Below are positions 1-9,233 of a stretch of 64,000 bases of DNA, in pieces. A program made the translations under genes and the position numbers. How positions within the stretch are numbered: the first letter of the stretch is position 1; the number at the start of each line of letters is the position of its first letter. Below the pieces are notes generated by a model. It was not told the DNA's origin. It saw only the letters and a program-made list of their open reading frames with translations, and made no database searches. Source of the DNA: Chromatiaceae bacterium (GTDB taxonomy: Bacteria > Pseudomonadota > Gammaproteobacteria > Enterobacterales > Alteromonadaceae); the NCBI GenBank assembly GCA_033838465.1, contig JAJLKZ010000005.1, positions 242,129 through 306,128 on the forward strand, given 5' to 3'.

Positions 1-372
1 CTGAGTGACAAACGTATTGTTGCCTATCAGCAGGCGCAGCAGGTGCTGGGGCCGGAGTTTAGCCAGGCGATTAGCACGGCCAGCTACCTGGAGCTGGCTG
101 AGCGCGAGCTGCAACTGGAACTGTTGTTCAGCGACCGGGTTGACCTGGTGATTGGCGAGCGGCGGGTGTTGTGGTATCTGGCGCAACTGCTAGCACCGCA
201 GCATCAGCTTAGCACCCACTATTTATTTGCCGAAAAAGCCTACCCGGCAGCCTGTTGGCAACCAACGCTGCGTGATGTAATTGATCAGGGGCTGTTGCAG
301 CTAAAGCAGAGCGGCGAATACCAACACATTATTCAGCAATATAATACGCCACCGAACGACAACCCAACATAG
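1..372 (+). CDS. 3' fragment of a periplasmic solute-binding-protein-like gene (5' end outside window)
   Basis: Frame 1 is open from base 1 (LSDKRIVAYQQAQQVLGPEF...) to TAG at 370-372, so the ORF-track ATG at 43 is internal. The family call rests only on weak resemblance to family-3 substrate-binding proteins. Confidence 0.35.
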   Translation: MSDKRIVAYQQAQQVLGPEFSQAISTASYLELAERELQLELLFSDRVDLVIGERRVLWYLAQLLAPQHQLSTHYLFAEKAYPAACWQPTLRDVIDQGLLQLKQSGEYQHIIQQYNTPPNDNPT

Positions 373-428
373 CCTTAATGGCCGGCTTAGGCTTATACTG
401 ACATAATCTGACCGCTTGGATAACACTA

Positions 429-1103
429 ATGAAAAAAACCAAAACAATTACCACTGATGAGATTTTACTGACGCTTTGTCAGTCGGTCACGAAGGTGCTG
501 GCGGGTGCCGGTAACCACAATGTCGATTACTCGCCAATGGTGCAGAAAATTCAGAAAACCTGTCTGCGGCCCGATTTAGGCTGCTTTGTACTGTTTGACG
601 GTGGCTTTTCCGGCTTGGTGATCATTAACTTTACCGCTCAGGCGGCGATGGAGATCTACAAAAAGTACCTAATGAGCATGGGCATGCCGGAAGAAGAGTT
701 GGCGCAGTTTCATACCTCAGACGAGGTGGGCAACGTCATGGGTGAGCTGATGAACCAGATCGTTGGGGATTTTACCAACACGGTGCGCTACGACCTGCAT
801 ACCTCAATTAACCAGAGCCAGCCAAAGATGATGGCGATAAACAAGCAGGTGCAAATTTTAATTAACACCCAGTTGGACCAGCCACAAGCGCGCCGGGTGA
901 CCTTCAGCACGCCAGAGCACAATATTTTTTATTTGGAGCTGGCGATGGATAAAACCGAATTTATCCAGCTGCACGAGTTTGATAAAGCCGAGCAGGAACA
1001 TCCGGACGATATTCTGGCTAATGCTCAGCAGTACACGCCGGAAAACACCGTCAGTGCTGAGGTTGACGTCGACGACGACTTCCTGAAAAACCTCGGGCTG
1101 TAA
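429..1103 (+). CDS. CheX-like / DUF3334-type cytoplasmic protein
   Basis: 224-aa ORF. The GCFVLFDGGFSGLVIINF...VGNVMGELMNQIVGDF block resembles the CheX-type fold. Acidic C-terminus, no TM segment. Confidence 0.45.
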   Translation: MKKTKTITTDEILLTLCQSVTKVLAGAGNHNVDYSPMVQKIQKTCLRPDLGCFVLFDGGFSGLVIINFTAQAAMEIYKKYLMSMGMPEEELAQFHTSDEVGNVMGELMNQIVGDFTNTVRYDLHTSINQSQPKMMAINKQVQILINTQLDQPQARRVTFSTPEHNIFYLELAMDKTEFIQLHEFDKAEQEHPDDILANAQQYTPENTVSAEVDVDDDFLKNLGL

Positions 1104-1109
1104 ACCGTA

Positions 1110-2318
1110 TCAGCCCTGACGCAGTGGCAGGCGCAGTTCAAAGCAGGCACCGCCCAGTTTTGACGCGCCAACACTGATGCTACCCTGATGCCACTGGGCA
1201 ACACGCTGCACGATCGCCAGGCCCAAACCAAAGCCACCGGAGTCTTTATTGCGGCTGGCTTCAGCCCTAAAAAAGGGTTTGATGATCTCTTCACGTAAGT
1301 CAGGTGCTACGCCGGGGCCATCGTCTTCTACCCTAAGCTGCCAAAACTGCTGCTGTTGCGTCACGCTGACAATAATATGTTGCTTGGCATACTTTTTTGC
1401 GTTAACCAGCAGGTTTTGCAGAGCCCGCTCTAAATAATGGCCGTCACCGTACAGTTGCACTGTCTCTGGTAATTGCAGCTGTATTGGCGCACCGGGCAGT
1501 GGTGATAATTTCTCCTGCAGGCTCAATAGCAATTCAGCCAAATCGACCTGTTGCCATTGCAGTGGCAGCTGACCGGCTTCAAGCCTGGCATAGTCGAGTA
1601 TTTCATCGACCAATTGTTGCAGCTCGCGCACATCCTGTAGCATCAGCTGCTTTTCCTGCTCGGGCAGTTGGTTGGCCATTTCCAGCGCAAAACTTAAGCG
1701 TGCTATCGGTGTGCGCAGCTCATGAGACACGGCGTGCGTCATTTCCTGTTGCAGGTTAAGTAAACTGCGGATCTGCTGGCTCATCTGTAAAAAGCGCTCA
1801 GCGATTGGCGCGATAAAAGAATGTGCCGGCAAGACGGTAGTGCTGAGTGGCTGCTGCAGGCTACGCTCCAGCGTTCGGATGTCTCGGGTGACCGGATACA
1901 GCCATAACGCCACCGCCACCGCTAGCAGCAAGAAAAAGAGCAGGCTGAACCATGCGCCACCGTCCTGTTGCTGCAGCGGCAAAGGCCCTAACTGCCACAG
2001 TTGACCGTCACGCAACGCATAAAAGTACACTTTGGTATCATCGAATAAACTGACCAACTGCCCTTGTTCCAGTTGCGCCTGCTCAGCGGCTAACCAACCG
2101 ATGCTATTGGCATTAAGGGTGGTTACTTCCAGCTGTGTCAGTGCCTGCCAGTCAGTGGGCGGGCCTTGCAGCTGTTGCTGCAACAAGGTTTGATAACTGG
2201 CCAGCCAGGGCGGTTCAGCGGCTGGCTGCCACTGTTGCCATAGCTGTTCCACTGCCCAGCCCAGCGCCAACAGCACCAAAAAAATAAACAGATAAAAATG
2301 CCAGAACAGCCGCTGCAT
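1110..2318 (-). CDS. sensor histidine kinase (HisKA + HATPase_c), partner of the adjacent OmpR-type regulator
   Basis: H-box HELRTPIARL, N-box LLVNAKKYA, G-boxes DDGPGV and GGFGLGLAIV. Two hydrophobic segments flank a Q/W-rich periplasmic region. ATG at 2318. Confidence 0.88.
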   Translation of the reverse strand: MQRLFWHFYLFIFLVLLALGWAVEQLWQQWQPAAEPPWLASYQTLLQQQLQGPPTDWQALTQLEVTTLNANSIGWLAAEQAQLEQGQLVSLFDDTKVYFYALRDGQLWQLGPLPLQQQDGGAWFSLLFFLLLAVAVALWLYPVTRDIRTLERSLQQPLSTTVLPAHSFIAPIAERFLQMSQQIRSLLNLQQEMTHAVSHELRTPIARLSFALEMANQLPEQEKQLMLQDVRELQQLVDEILDYARLEAGQLPLQWQQVDLAELLLSLQEKLSPLPGAPIQLQLPETVQLYGDGHYLERALQNLLVNAKKYAKQHIIVSVTQQQQFWQLRVEDDGPGVAPDLREEIIKPFFRAEASRNKDSGGFGLGLAIVQRVAQWHQGSISVGASKLGGACFELRLPLRQG

Positions 2319-2331
2319 CAGGGGTTAACCT

Positions 2332-3024
2332 TTAATGCCAGGCATCGGCGACAAACAGATAACCTTTGCCCCAAACCGTTTTTATTTTAAACGGCGTTTC
2401 AGCATTGTCGCCCAGCTTACGGCGTAAATGCGAAATACGTACATCGACGGTGCGGTCCAGGCCATCGTATTCGCGGCCGATAATTTGCTGGTGAATGGCT
2501 TCGCGTTTAACCGTTTGGCCAGCATGCTTTGCCAGCATCCACAGCAGGTCAAATTCATAACTGGTCAGGTCAACGCGCTCGTTGTGGTACCAAGCTTCGC
2601 GTGCCCGCTGCTTTAACTGCAGGTGGCCGAACTGTAGCTCTTGCTGCTCTTGTTTCTGGTTGCTCTGGCTGCGGCGCAATAAAGCGTTTATGCGGGCTAC
2701 CAGCACCCGCGGCTCGACCGGCTTAATGACATAATCGTCGGCGCCCAGCTCAAGCCCAAGCACCTGGTCAATGTCGCTTTGCTTGGCGGTAAGCATCAGT
2801 ACCGGGCCCTTGTACCAGGGGCGGATCTGCCGGCAAACACCAAAACCATCCAGGCCAGGCAACATCAAATCCAGCACGATCAAATCCGGTTGAAACTGCC
2901 TGCAATGCTCGGCCACCGCATCCCCCTGGCTTTGTTGCTCTACCACAAAACCATGTTGTACTAAAAAGCTCTGCACCAGGGTGGCCAGACGCAAATCGTC
3001 TTCTACCAATAAAATTTTTGCCAT
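2332..3024 (-). CDS. OmpR/PhoB-family DNA-binding response regulator
   Basis: Receiver motifs (ILLVEDD, DLIVLDLMLPGLDG, LMLTAKQ) plus a winged-helix C-terminus (TVWGKGYLF). I prefer the ATG at 3024 (MAKILLVEDD), which forms a TAATG overlap with the upstream ORF stop. The ORF track starts at GTG 3039. Confidence 0.9.
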   Translation of the reverse strand: MAKILLVEDDLRLATLVQSFLVQHGFVVEQQSQGDAVAEHCRQFQPDLIVLDLMLPGLDGFGVCRQIRPWYKGPVLMLTAKQSDIDQVLGLELGADDYVIKPVEPRVLVARINALLRRSQSNQKQEQQELQFGHLQLKQRAREAWYHNERVDLTSYEFDLLWMLAKHAGQTVKREAIHQQIIGREYDGLDRTVDVRISHLRRKLGDNAETPFKIKTVWGKGYLFVADAWH

Positions 3025-3404
3025 TAGAATAGGCTCCACGGGCTGTTTAAACGGCGGCGCGCCGGTTTACGGCTTTGCACCTGCAATGCGGTCTGCAGCA
3101 GTAAACTGTCATTGGCGTCGCGTAAACTGAGGTCAGTATTTTGCCAACTTAGCTGCTGCTGCCATTGGCCACCATAGCTGTTCTGCCAGCAATGCAGCTT
3201 TTGCTCTGCCAGATACAAGCAGGCGCTGATGGGAGTAGGGCTTTGCCAGCTAAGTTGTAAAGCGGTTTCACACAACTGGCCGGGCTGTTCGGTAACACAA
3301 ATTTGTGGGCTCACCTGCCAACACAGGCTACCGGCGCAGTCAGCCGGCGCTGTGCTGGCTGGGCTGAGTCCGTTCAGTACCAGTAACAACCAGGCTCCCT
3401 GCAT
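3024..3404 (-). CDS. small secreted Cys-containing protein (DUF3019-like)
   Basis: 126 aa with a signal-like N-terminus and several Cys. TAATG overlaps at both ends (3404 with mipA-like, 3024 with the regulator). The family name is recalled from the conserved TCS-DUF3019-MipA neighbourhood and was not verified. Confidence 0.5.
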   Translation of the reverse strand: MQGAWLLLVLNGLSPASTAPADCAGSLCWQVSPQICVTEQPGQLCETALQLSWQSPTPISACLYLAEQKLHCWQNSYGGQWQQQLSWQNTDLSLRDANDSLLLQTALQVQSRKPARRRLNSPWSLF

Positions 3405-4258
3405 TAATACATCCGGTAGCTTATACCCAAAAACCAGGTCGTTACGTTATCGGTCCGCACCAGCGGGCTGTCAGTCATGGCATCATCCAGATGTAGGTAG
3501 CGAACAAAGGCCAGCAGCGACACGCGCTCAGAGACAGGCCGTTGCCAGCTTAAGCTCAGCTGTGGTTGCCAGCTGGGCTTGCCGTTATAGCGTGGTAAAT
3601 AAAACGGCTCATTATTGTCAATGCCGTAGTAAGTATCAATTAATTTAGCGCTTTTCCACAGCAGGTTGCCACTGAGCTGCCATTGGTTACCGGCTTGCTG
3701 CCAGGGCAAGCTGATACCGACACTGGCATGCTGGCCCTGATAGGTGTTACTGACATCCTGCCAAATGGCGGCTTTGACCAGCCATTGCCCGACTAAGCCA
3801 TCGAGTTGCAGGCCGGCATCGACAGCGGTAGGTCTTTTGCGGATTTCCCGCACTGACGCTTGTAATGGCCCTACTCTGTCGATACTGATTGACGGGCTGG
3901 AAAAGTTGCTGCTGCTAAACTGAAAGGCGTTACCACCAAACCACTTTTGAAAATGGCCTTTTTCCTGATTAAACTGCGCCACCAGGCTAAGCTGCCATTG
4001 TTCGTTCAGCGCCCAGCTGCTGCCCAGTTTGCCATTGTCAAAAAACCAGTGCTCGGCGTAATAATAAATGTCTGGCAGGATCACCAGCGGCAATGCTTCG
4101 CCACCATATAATGGGTTACTGCGCTGGCCATAGCCCAATGCCCAGCTCAGGTGCAGTGTTTGCTCTGTAGCACAGTTTTGCGCTGGCGCGCAGGTCGCTG
4201 TTGTTTCAGCCTTGGCGCTGCCAAAAAACAGCACCAGAAGTAAAATGCAATAACGCAA
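3404..4258 (-). CDS. MipA/OmpV-family outer-membrane protein
   Basis: Signal peptide (LLLVLFFGSAKA), alternating beta-strand pattern, YYGID motif and aromatic C-terminal residue (SYRMY). TTG start at 4258 preceded by AGGTGA. Confidence 0.75.
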   Translation of the reverse strand: MRYCILLLVLFFGSAKAETTATCAPAQNCATEQTLHLSWALGYGQRSNPLYGGEALPLVILPDIYYYAEHWFFDNGKLGSSWALNEQWQLSLVAQFNQEKGHFQKWFGGNAFQFSSSNFSSPSISIDRVGPLQASVREIRKRPTAVDAGLQLDGLVGQWLVKAAIWQDVSNTYQGQHASVGISLPWQQAGNQWQLSGNLLWKSAKLIDTYYGIDNNEPFYLPRYNGKPSWQPQLSLSWQRPVSERVSLLAFVRYLHLDDAMTDSPLVRTDNVTTWFLGISYRMY

Positions 4259-4273
4259 TTGTCACCTACAAAA

Positions 4274-4289
4274 ACATCGTTAACGATGT
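4274..4289. promoter_or_regulatory. perfect 16-bp palindrome ACATCGTTAACGATGT just upstream of the mipA-like operon start
   Basis: Read directly from the sequence. It lies 16 nt upstream of TTG 4258 and on the minus strand is followed by TTTTT and the SD. Either an operator or a leader hairpin. Confidence 0.4.
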
Positions 4290-4312
4290 CAGTGTAGCAA
4301 GATGTGCCGCGG

Positions 4313-4329
4313 GGCATAAGGTGGCATAA
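4313..4329. promoter_or_regulatory. direct repeat GGCATAA-N3-GGCATAA (10-bp period), candidate OmpR-family box
   Basis: Seen in the sequence 55-70 nt upstream of the mipA-like start. Winged-helix regulators typically bind direct repeats one helical turn apart. The assignment to a regulator is inference. Confidence 0.3.
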
Positions 4330-4510
4330 CAATGTTTCACAAATTGCCGCTTACGGGCAACTCGCCGTGCATTAGTGGCGACACAGAACTCAATTGAAAC
4401 ACCTGCTAAATCCCTCTATGATAAGCGCACTATAACGATAAGTTCCCGTCGTACTTTAGCGGCAGGTAGCAAACAACGCAGTCATTTCGCTGCCACAGCA
4501 GAGCGCTCAG

Positions 4511-5539
4511 ATGAAAGGCAAAGCAACTTCATTCGATATTGCTTACATGGCCGGTGTGTCACAGTCTACTGTGTCGCGGGCATTGCGTAACAGCCCACAA
4601 GTGAATAAAGCCACGCGGGAAAAAGTGCAGGCTATTGCGCGACAGCTAAATTACAAAGTGGATAAAAACGCCAGTAATCTGCGTCAGCAGCGCAGTAGCA
4701 CTTTGGCATTATTGTTGTTTGAAGACCCCACTACGGATGAATCCTTAATAAACCCGTTTTTCCTCTCGATGCTCGGCAGCATTACCCGCGCCTGCGCCAA
4801 ACGTGGTCAGGACTTGTTGGTGTCGTTTCAGCAGCTAAGCGATGACTGGCACGCCGATTACGAAGACAGCAATAAAGCCGATGGCATTATTTTGCTCGGT
4901 TACGGCGACTACAAAGACTACGAAGAAAAGCTGGCCAAGCTACTGGCGCAGGAAACGCACTTTGTTTGCTGGGGCGCTGAAGTGCTGGGACACCCGGAAT
5001 TTACCCTGCGCAGTAATAACTTTGAAGGTGGCCGCTTAGCCGGCGAGCATTTATTGGCTACCGGCCATAAAAAATTTGCCTTTGTTGGTAATGCCTCTGA
5101 GGGCAGCCCGGAGTTTAGCGCTCGTTACCGCGGTTTTATTGATGCGTTGGCTAAAGTGGGCATTACGGAAAAGCAGGTGCCGCATTTTGATGCAATCTCT
5201 ACCGAGAGTGCCGGTGATACTGCCACTGAGCAGCTACTGGCTGCCGGCCATCAGGTAGATGCCATTTTCTGTGCCAGCGACCTGATTGCTATTGGCGTGA
5301 TGCGCTGCCTGAAGCGTCACAACCTGCGCGTGCCGGAAGACATTGCTGTGATGGGCTTTGATGATATTCCGGTCGCGTCTTTTGCCACACCGGCGCTCAG
5401 CACCATTCAGCAAGACACCACCCAGGCCGGTGAGCTGCTGGTCAATAACCTGCTGCAGCTAATTAATAACCAACCTATTACCGTAAACCAGATCGAGCCA
5501 AAGCTGATTATCCGTCAGTCTTGTGGCGCCCGTGGGTAA
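4511..5539 (+). CDS. LacI-family transcriptional regulator (candidate maltodextrin regulon repressor)
   Basis: N-terminal HTH (TSFDIAYMAGVSQSTVSRALRN) and a periplasmic-binding-protein-like sugar-binding core (VMGFDDIP). Confidence 0.9.
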   Translation: MKGKATSFDIAYMAGVSQSTVSRALRNSPQVNKATREKVQAIARQLNYKVDKNASNLRQQRSSTLALLLFEDPTTDESLINPFFLSMLGSITRACAKRGQDLLVSFQQLSDDWHADYEDSNKADGIILLGYGDYKDYEEKLAKLLAQETHFVCWGAEVLGHPEFTLRSNNFEGGRLAGEHLLATGHKKFAFVGNASEGSPEFSARYRGFIDALAKVGITEKQVPHFDAISTESAGDTATEQLLAAGHQVDAIFCASDLIAIGVMRCLKRHNLRVPEDIAVMGFDDIPVASFATPALSTIQQDTTQAGELLVNNLLQLINNQPITVNQIEPKLIIRQSCGARG

Positions 5540-7290
5540 AGCTGCTCTAACGCTTCACGTAGTGTAGGATAAAAGCTCAATACACCGTCTATCGGTTTAA
5601 TGCCGGCGCGGGCCAGGGTTTTTAGCGGCTGAAACTGCAAATCGGCAACCAGCAGCTCAGTGTTGTTTTTCTGACATTTACTGATCAATTTATTCAGCGC
5701 CGCCAGGCCGCCGGCATCCAGTAGCGGCACGCCATCCATGTACAGCACTATGCCTTTGCTATGGTCGGTTAGCCGGGCAATGTCGGCAAAAATCCGATCG
5801 GCAGCGGCAAAAAACAGTGGCCCGCTGATTTTAAGCACTTGCCAACCCTCAGGTACCGGCTGCTCTACCTGTTTGCGGTTGCTGCTGATATCGGTCACTT
5901 TGCTCATCTCAGCAATTTCTTTCACAAACAACATTGCCGCCAGCAGGATGCCGGCGGTGATGGCAATGACCATATCAAACAGCACGGTAAGGCTAAAGCA
6001 GGTAATAAACACCCAAATATCGCTGCGCGGGGCGGTTTTAAGCAAGTGCAGTGCCTTGGGGGCTTCGCTCATATTCCAGGCCACCATCAGCAGCAACGCC
6101 GCCAGCGCTGCCATTGGTACATAAGACAGTACCTTGGCCAGCAAGACTAAGCCCAGCAATACCACCACAGCATGCACCATGGCGGCGATAGGGGATTGGG
6201 CACCGGCTTTAAAATTGGCCGACGAGCGTGCCAGTGCGGCGGTGGCGGTAATGCCGCCGAAAAATGGCGTAATAATGTTACCCAAGCCCTGGCCGAATAA
6301 CTCACTGTTAGCGCTGTGGCGATGGCCTGACATACCGTCCAGCACCACCGCACAGAGCAGGGATTCAATGGCACCGAGCATGGCCATGGCAAAGGCGGCG
6401 GCGAGTAAATCTTTTGCCAGTTGCCAGCTAAAGCTCAGCATTTCACCCTCAGGCCCGGGGCGTAGCCAGGGCCAGTCGAATGAGGGTAAATAGGGTGGAA
6501 TACCCTTGGCGGTACTGCCATCAACAGCCGTGTAGCTAAAGCGTGAGCCGATGGTATCCAATTCAACACCCAGGCTCATCAGCAGCAGTGCTAATAAGGT
6601 ACCCAGCAGTAACGCCGGTAAATGCGCCGGTATCACCGTTTTTAATCTCGGCCATAACAGCATCACGGCCAATGTGCTGGCGGCGATCAGCAGACTAGGC
6701 CAGGAGAGCTGCGGTAAATGCTGGCCGAGGACAGCAATTTTTTCAGCAAAGTGTTCCGGCAGAGTGCCGATTGGCAAGCCAAAAAAGTCTTTGATCTGCA
6801 AGGTGGCGATGACCACAGCAATGCCAGCGGTGAACCCTAAGGTGACCGACTCCGGGATATACTCAATCAGCCGTCCTAGCCGAAGCATGGCCATCAGCAA
6901 CAGCAAAAAGCCCGACAGCACCGTAGCGATAAGTAAACCGCTTAAACCGTATTTAAGCGCCACCGGGTACAGAATAACGACAAAGGCCGCCGTCGGGCCG
7001 CTGATACTAAAGCGTGAACCGCCGGTTAGCGCAATCACAAAGCCGGCAATAATAGCGGTGTATAGGCCATATTGCGGCGCCACGCCCGAGGCAATTGCCA
7101 GCGCCATCGCCAGCGGTATAGCAATAATGCCAACGGTAATACCGGCCAGTAAATCCTTGCCAAGCTTATTCTGGTTATAGCCTTCGGCCAGCACCTCACG
7201 CAGCGCGTGGCCAATACGCAGGGAAAACAGATGGGAACGGTCAGACACCACAACTCCGCCACAGCAGAACAGGTGATGTGAGTTTAGCAA
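5515..7290 (-). CDS. dauA: SulP-family anion transporter with C-terminal STAS domain, DauA (YchM)-like
   Basis: Long collinear similarity to E. coli DauA as I remember it (DLLAGITVGIIAIPLAMALA, GGSRFSISGPTAAFVVILYP, AMLGAIESLLCAVVLDGM, PLFFAAA STAS). The true start is probably downstream of 7290. Its 3' end overlaps lacI-like convergently by 25 nt. Confidence 0.8.
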   Translation of the reverse strand: MLNSHHLFCCGGVVVSDRSHLFSLRIGHALREVLAEGYNQNKLGKDLLAGITVGIIAIPLAMALAIASGVAPQYGLYTAIIAGFVIALTGGSRFSISGPTAAFVVILYPVALKYGLSGLLIATVLSGFLLLLMAMLRLGRLIEYIPESVTLGFTAGIAVVIATLQIKDFFGLPIGTLPEHFAEKIAVLGQHLPQLSWPSLLIAASTLAVMLLWPRLKTVIPAHLPALLLGTLLALLLMSLGVELDTIGSRFSYTAVDGSTAKGIPPYLPSFDWPWLRPGPEGEMLSFSWQLAKDLLAAAFAMAMLGAIESLLCAVVLDGMSGHRHSANSELFGQGLGNIITPFFGGITATAALARSSANFKAGAQSPIAAMVHAVVVLLGLVLLAKVLSYVPMAALAALLLMVAWNMSEAPKALHLLKTAPRSDIWVFITCFSLTVLFDMVIAITAGILLAAMLFVKEIAEMSKVTDISSNRKQVEQPVPEGWQVLKISGPLFFAAADRIFADIARLTDHSKGIVLYMDGVPLLDAGGLAALNKLISKCQKNNTELLVADLQFQPLKTLARAGIKPIDGVLSFYPTLREALEQLYPRAPQD

Positions 7291-7345
7291 AGGGTGAAAC
7301 GGGCGGGTATGCGCTATTAGTCTGAGCTTAGTGGTTATTTAGTAA

Positions 7346-7379
7346 GAAAAAACCGCCGCTACGTTAGCCGGCGGTTTTT
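7346..7379 (-). terminator. rho-independent terminator downstream of the GH13 gene (bidirectional shape)
   Basis: AAAAAACCGCCG-loop-CGGCGGTTTTT. A GC-rich stem flanked by an A-run and a T-run. Confidence 0.6.
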
Positions 7380-7395
7380 ATGTGATTAAGACAAC

Positions 7396-9117
7396 TTAAG
7401 GCGCGCTTTGCAGGATCAGCAAACCATGTGCTGCTAGCGTGCTGCCATCGAGGTCAAAGGCCCAGCTGGCGGTTAAACCGCGTTGCTCAACTGCGCTGAT
7501 ATCCGCCGCAGTGTCGCTCAGGTTTAATACAAACAGCGTTTTGCTGCCTTGTAGCTCGCGGGCAATCTGTACTATGCCGTTGGCCAGCTGTGTCACGTTA
7601 TAGCTGCCTGCAGTGCCCAGCTCTGGCCGCTGCTTTTTCTGTGTAATCAGCAGTTTATACAAATTCCACACAGAATCCGCTTGCGCCTGCTGCGCGCTCA
7701 CACTGCGATCCGTTTTGGCCAACTGCTCAGCCAGAAACGCCGGATACCAGTTCGGGAAGTTAGCGCCAAACAGCTCCAGCTGTTCTACCCAGCTGGTCGC
7801 ATTTTGGCTAAAACCAGCCTGGGTGCTGTTATCCCACAGCATAGGGGCACGTTTGTACACATCGTGGCCGGTGCCGCCCTGGGTTAAGCCAATTTCTTCA
7901 CCGTAGTAAATGTAGGGTGTGCCAGGTGAGCTAAATAGCATGGCTGCAGCCAGTTTGGCTTTGGCGTCGTGCTCAGCCAGCTGATAGGCAACCCGCTCCT
8001 GATCGTGGTTGGTTAAAAACGGCGCAAAGAAATGCAATGGCGCAACAGACTTTCGGCGCTGCGCTACGTTTTGCCATAACACCTGCGCATCTGCCACTTT
8101 GTTCGCATTCGACTGCATAGTGCCAAACTGGGCTTCACCGCTGGCGTCCGGTTTTAACAGGCCAAGAATGTTATAGCCCACTTCAAAGTCAAAGCCCTGA
8201 TCCAGGCCTTTACCCTCACCGAAATAACGCGCGGCAATCGGAATATCCACCCAGGCTTCGCCGACTAGGTAGGCCTGTGGGTTTACGCTTTTCACGTACT
8301 GGTTAAAGTCTTGCCAGTAGGCGATGGTTTCGTCAGTATCAGCCTGCGCCTCCGGGCCTCCCTCCATAGCAAAGCGCACGGCATCTAAACGGAAGCCCGC
8401 TACACCTTTATCCAGCCAGAATTTGGCCATTTTCTTCATTTCGGCTACCACATCAGGGTGGCGCAGGTTTACATCCGGCTGGCTGGCACCAAAGGCGGCG
8501 TAGTAGTAGGCGTTGCGTTGTGCGTTGTAATGCCACACGGCATCGGGTTTATCGTTGTCACTCCAGGCGTGGCCCCAGCCGCTGCCGGCCTCTGGCATAT
8601 CATCACGCCAGATAAAGTAATCTTTGTACGGTGCTTCACCGGCGGCTGAGCGTTTAAACCAGTCGTGCTCACTGGAGATATGGTTAATCACCAAATCCAG
8701 GATCACCTTCATGCCTTTGGCCTCAGCGGCTTTGATAAAAGCTTCAAACTCGGCCATAGTGCCGTAGTCACTTTCTACCTGATAAAACTCGGTAAAATCG
8801 TAACCGTGGTATGACGGTGCTTCAAACATAGGTGTTAGCCACAATGCTGTTACGCCAAGTTCCTGCAAATAGGGCAGTTTGGCGGTCATGCCGTTAAAGT
8901 CGCCGTGGCCATCGGCGTTGGTGTCATAAAAGCTGCGCGGCCAAATCTGGTAAAACACTGCATCCTGCCACCAGGGGCTGGTAGATTGCACTTCACTTTG
9001 CGTTGTTGGCGCCGGTGTTTGCTCAGCGGTGGTGCTGGTTTGCGGCTGACTGCTGTGTGGTTGACAGCCGGCTAATAAAACTGACAGCGCTAGTGCGCTT
9101 AGGCTAAAGCGTTTCAT
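7396..9117 (-). CDS. GH13 alpha-glucosidase / oligo-1,6-glucosidase-like lipoprotein
   Basis: GH13 conserved regions DLVINH, GFRLDAV (nucleophile), VGEAW (acid/base), TNHDQ. I prefer the ATG at 9117 (MKRFSLSALALSVLLAGC lipobox). The ORF-track start 9246 adds 43 implausible residues. Confidence 0.85.
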   Translation of the reverse strand: MKRFSLSALALSVLLAGCQPHSSQPQTSTTAEQTPAPTTQSEVQSTSPWWQDAVFYQIWPRSFYDTNADGHGDFNGMTAKLPYLQELGVTALWLTPMFEAPSYHGYDFTEFYQVESDYGTMAEFEAFIKAAEAKGMKVILDLVINHISSEHDWFKRSAAGEAPYKDYFIWRDDMPEAGSGWGHAWSDNDKPDAVWHYNAQRNAYYYAAFGASQPDVNLRHPDVVAEMKKMAKFWLDKGVAGFRLDAVRFAMEGGPEAQADTDETIAYWQDFNQYVKSVNPQAYLVGEAWVDIPIAARYFGEGKGLDQGFDFEVGYNILGLLKPDASGEAQFGTMQSNANKVADAQVLWQNVAQRRKSVAPLHFFAPFLTNHDQERVAYQLAEHDAKAKLAAAMLFSSPGTPYIYYGEEIGLTQGGTGHDVYKRAPMLWDNSTQAGFSQNATSWVEQLELFGANFPNWYPAFLAEQLAKTDRSVSAQQAQADSVWNLYKLLITQKKQRPELGTAGSYNVTQLANGIVQIARELQGSKTLFVLNLSDTAADISAVEQRGLTASWAFDLDGSTLAAHGLLILQSAP

Positions 9118-9219
9118 GGTATCCCCGTGCGTTTTTTCTGTTGCACCAGCGTAAAGCGCCGATGCACTGCTATGCTGAGTAAGCCTTGGTAATAACGCCA
9201 AAATAGTGCAACAACAAGA

Positions 9220-9233
9220 TGAATACGTATGCA
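9220..9233. promoter_or_regulatory. LacI-type operator candidate TGAATACGTATGCA
   Basis: One-pair variant of the 14-bp palindrome at 22198. It lies in the divergent GH13/MFS intergenic region, 103 nt from ATG 9117 and 87 nt from ATG 9320. Confidence 0.5.

Noticed and set aside
4375-4590. 71-aa plus-strand ORF upstream of and overlapping the lacI-like start
   Set aside because: It is out of frame with the regulator and runs into its HTH-coding region, with no SD. It is probably non-coding promoter or leader DNA.
4847-4861. Sigma-54-like element TGGCAC-N5-TTAC
   Set aside because: It lies inside the lacI-like coding sequence. The -12 element is imperfect (TTAC rather than TTGC), and there is no downstream gene in a suitable position.
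6551-7180. 209-aa plus-strand ORF (and neighbours 5738-6124, 5839-6150, 6134-6493) inside the SulP gene
   Set aside because: It is antisense to a strongly supported DauA-like CDS. The composition is Ser/Ala/Pro-rich and low in complexity, typical of shadow ORFs in GC-rich coding DNA, and there is no motif or SD.
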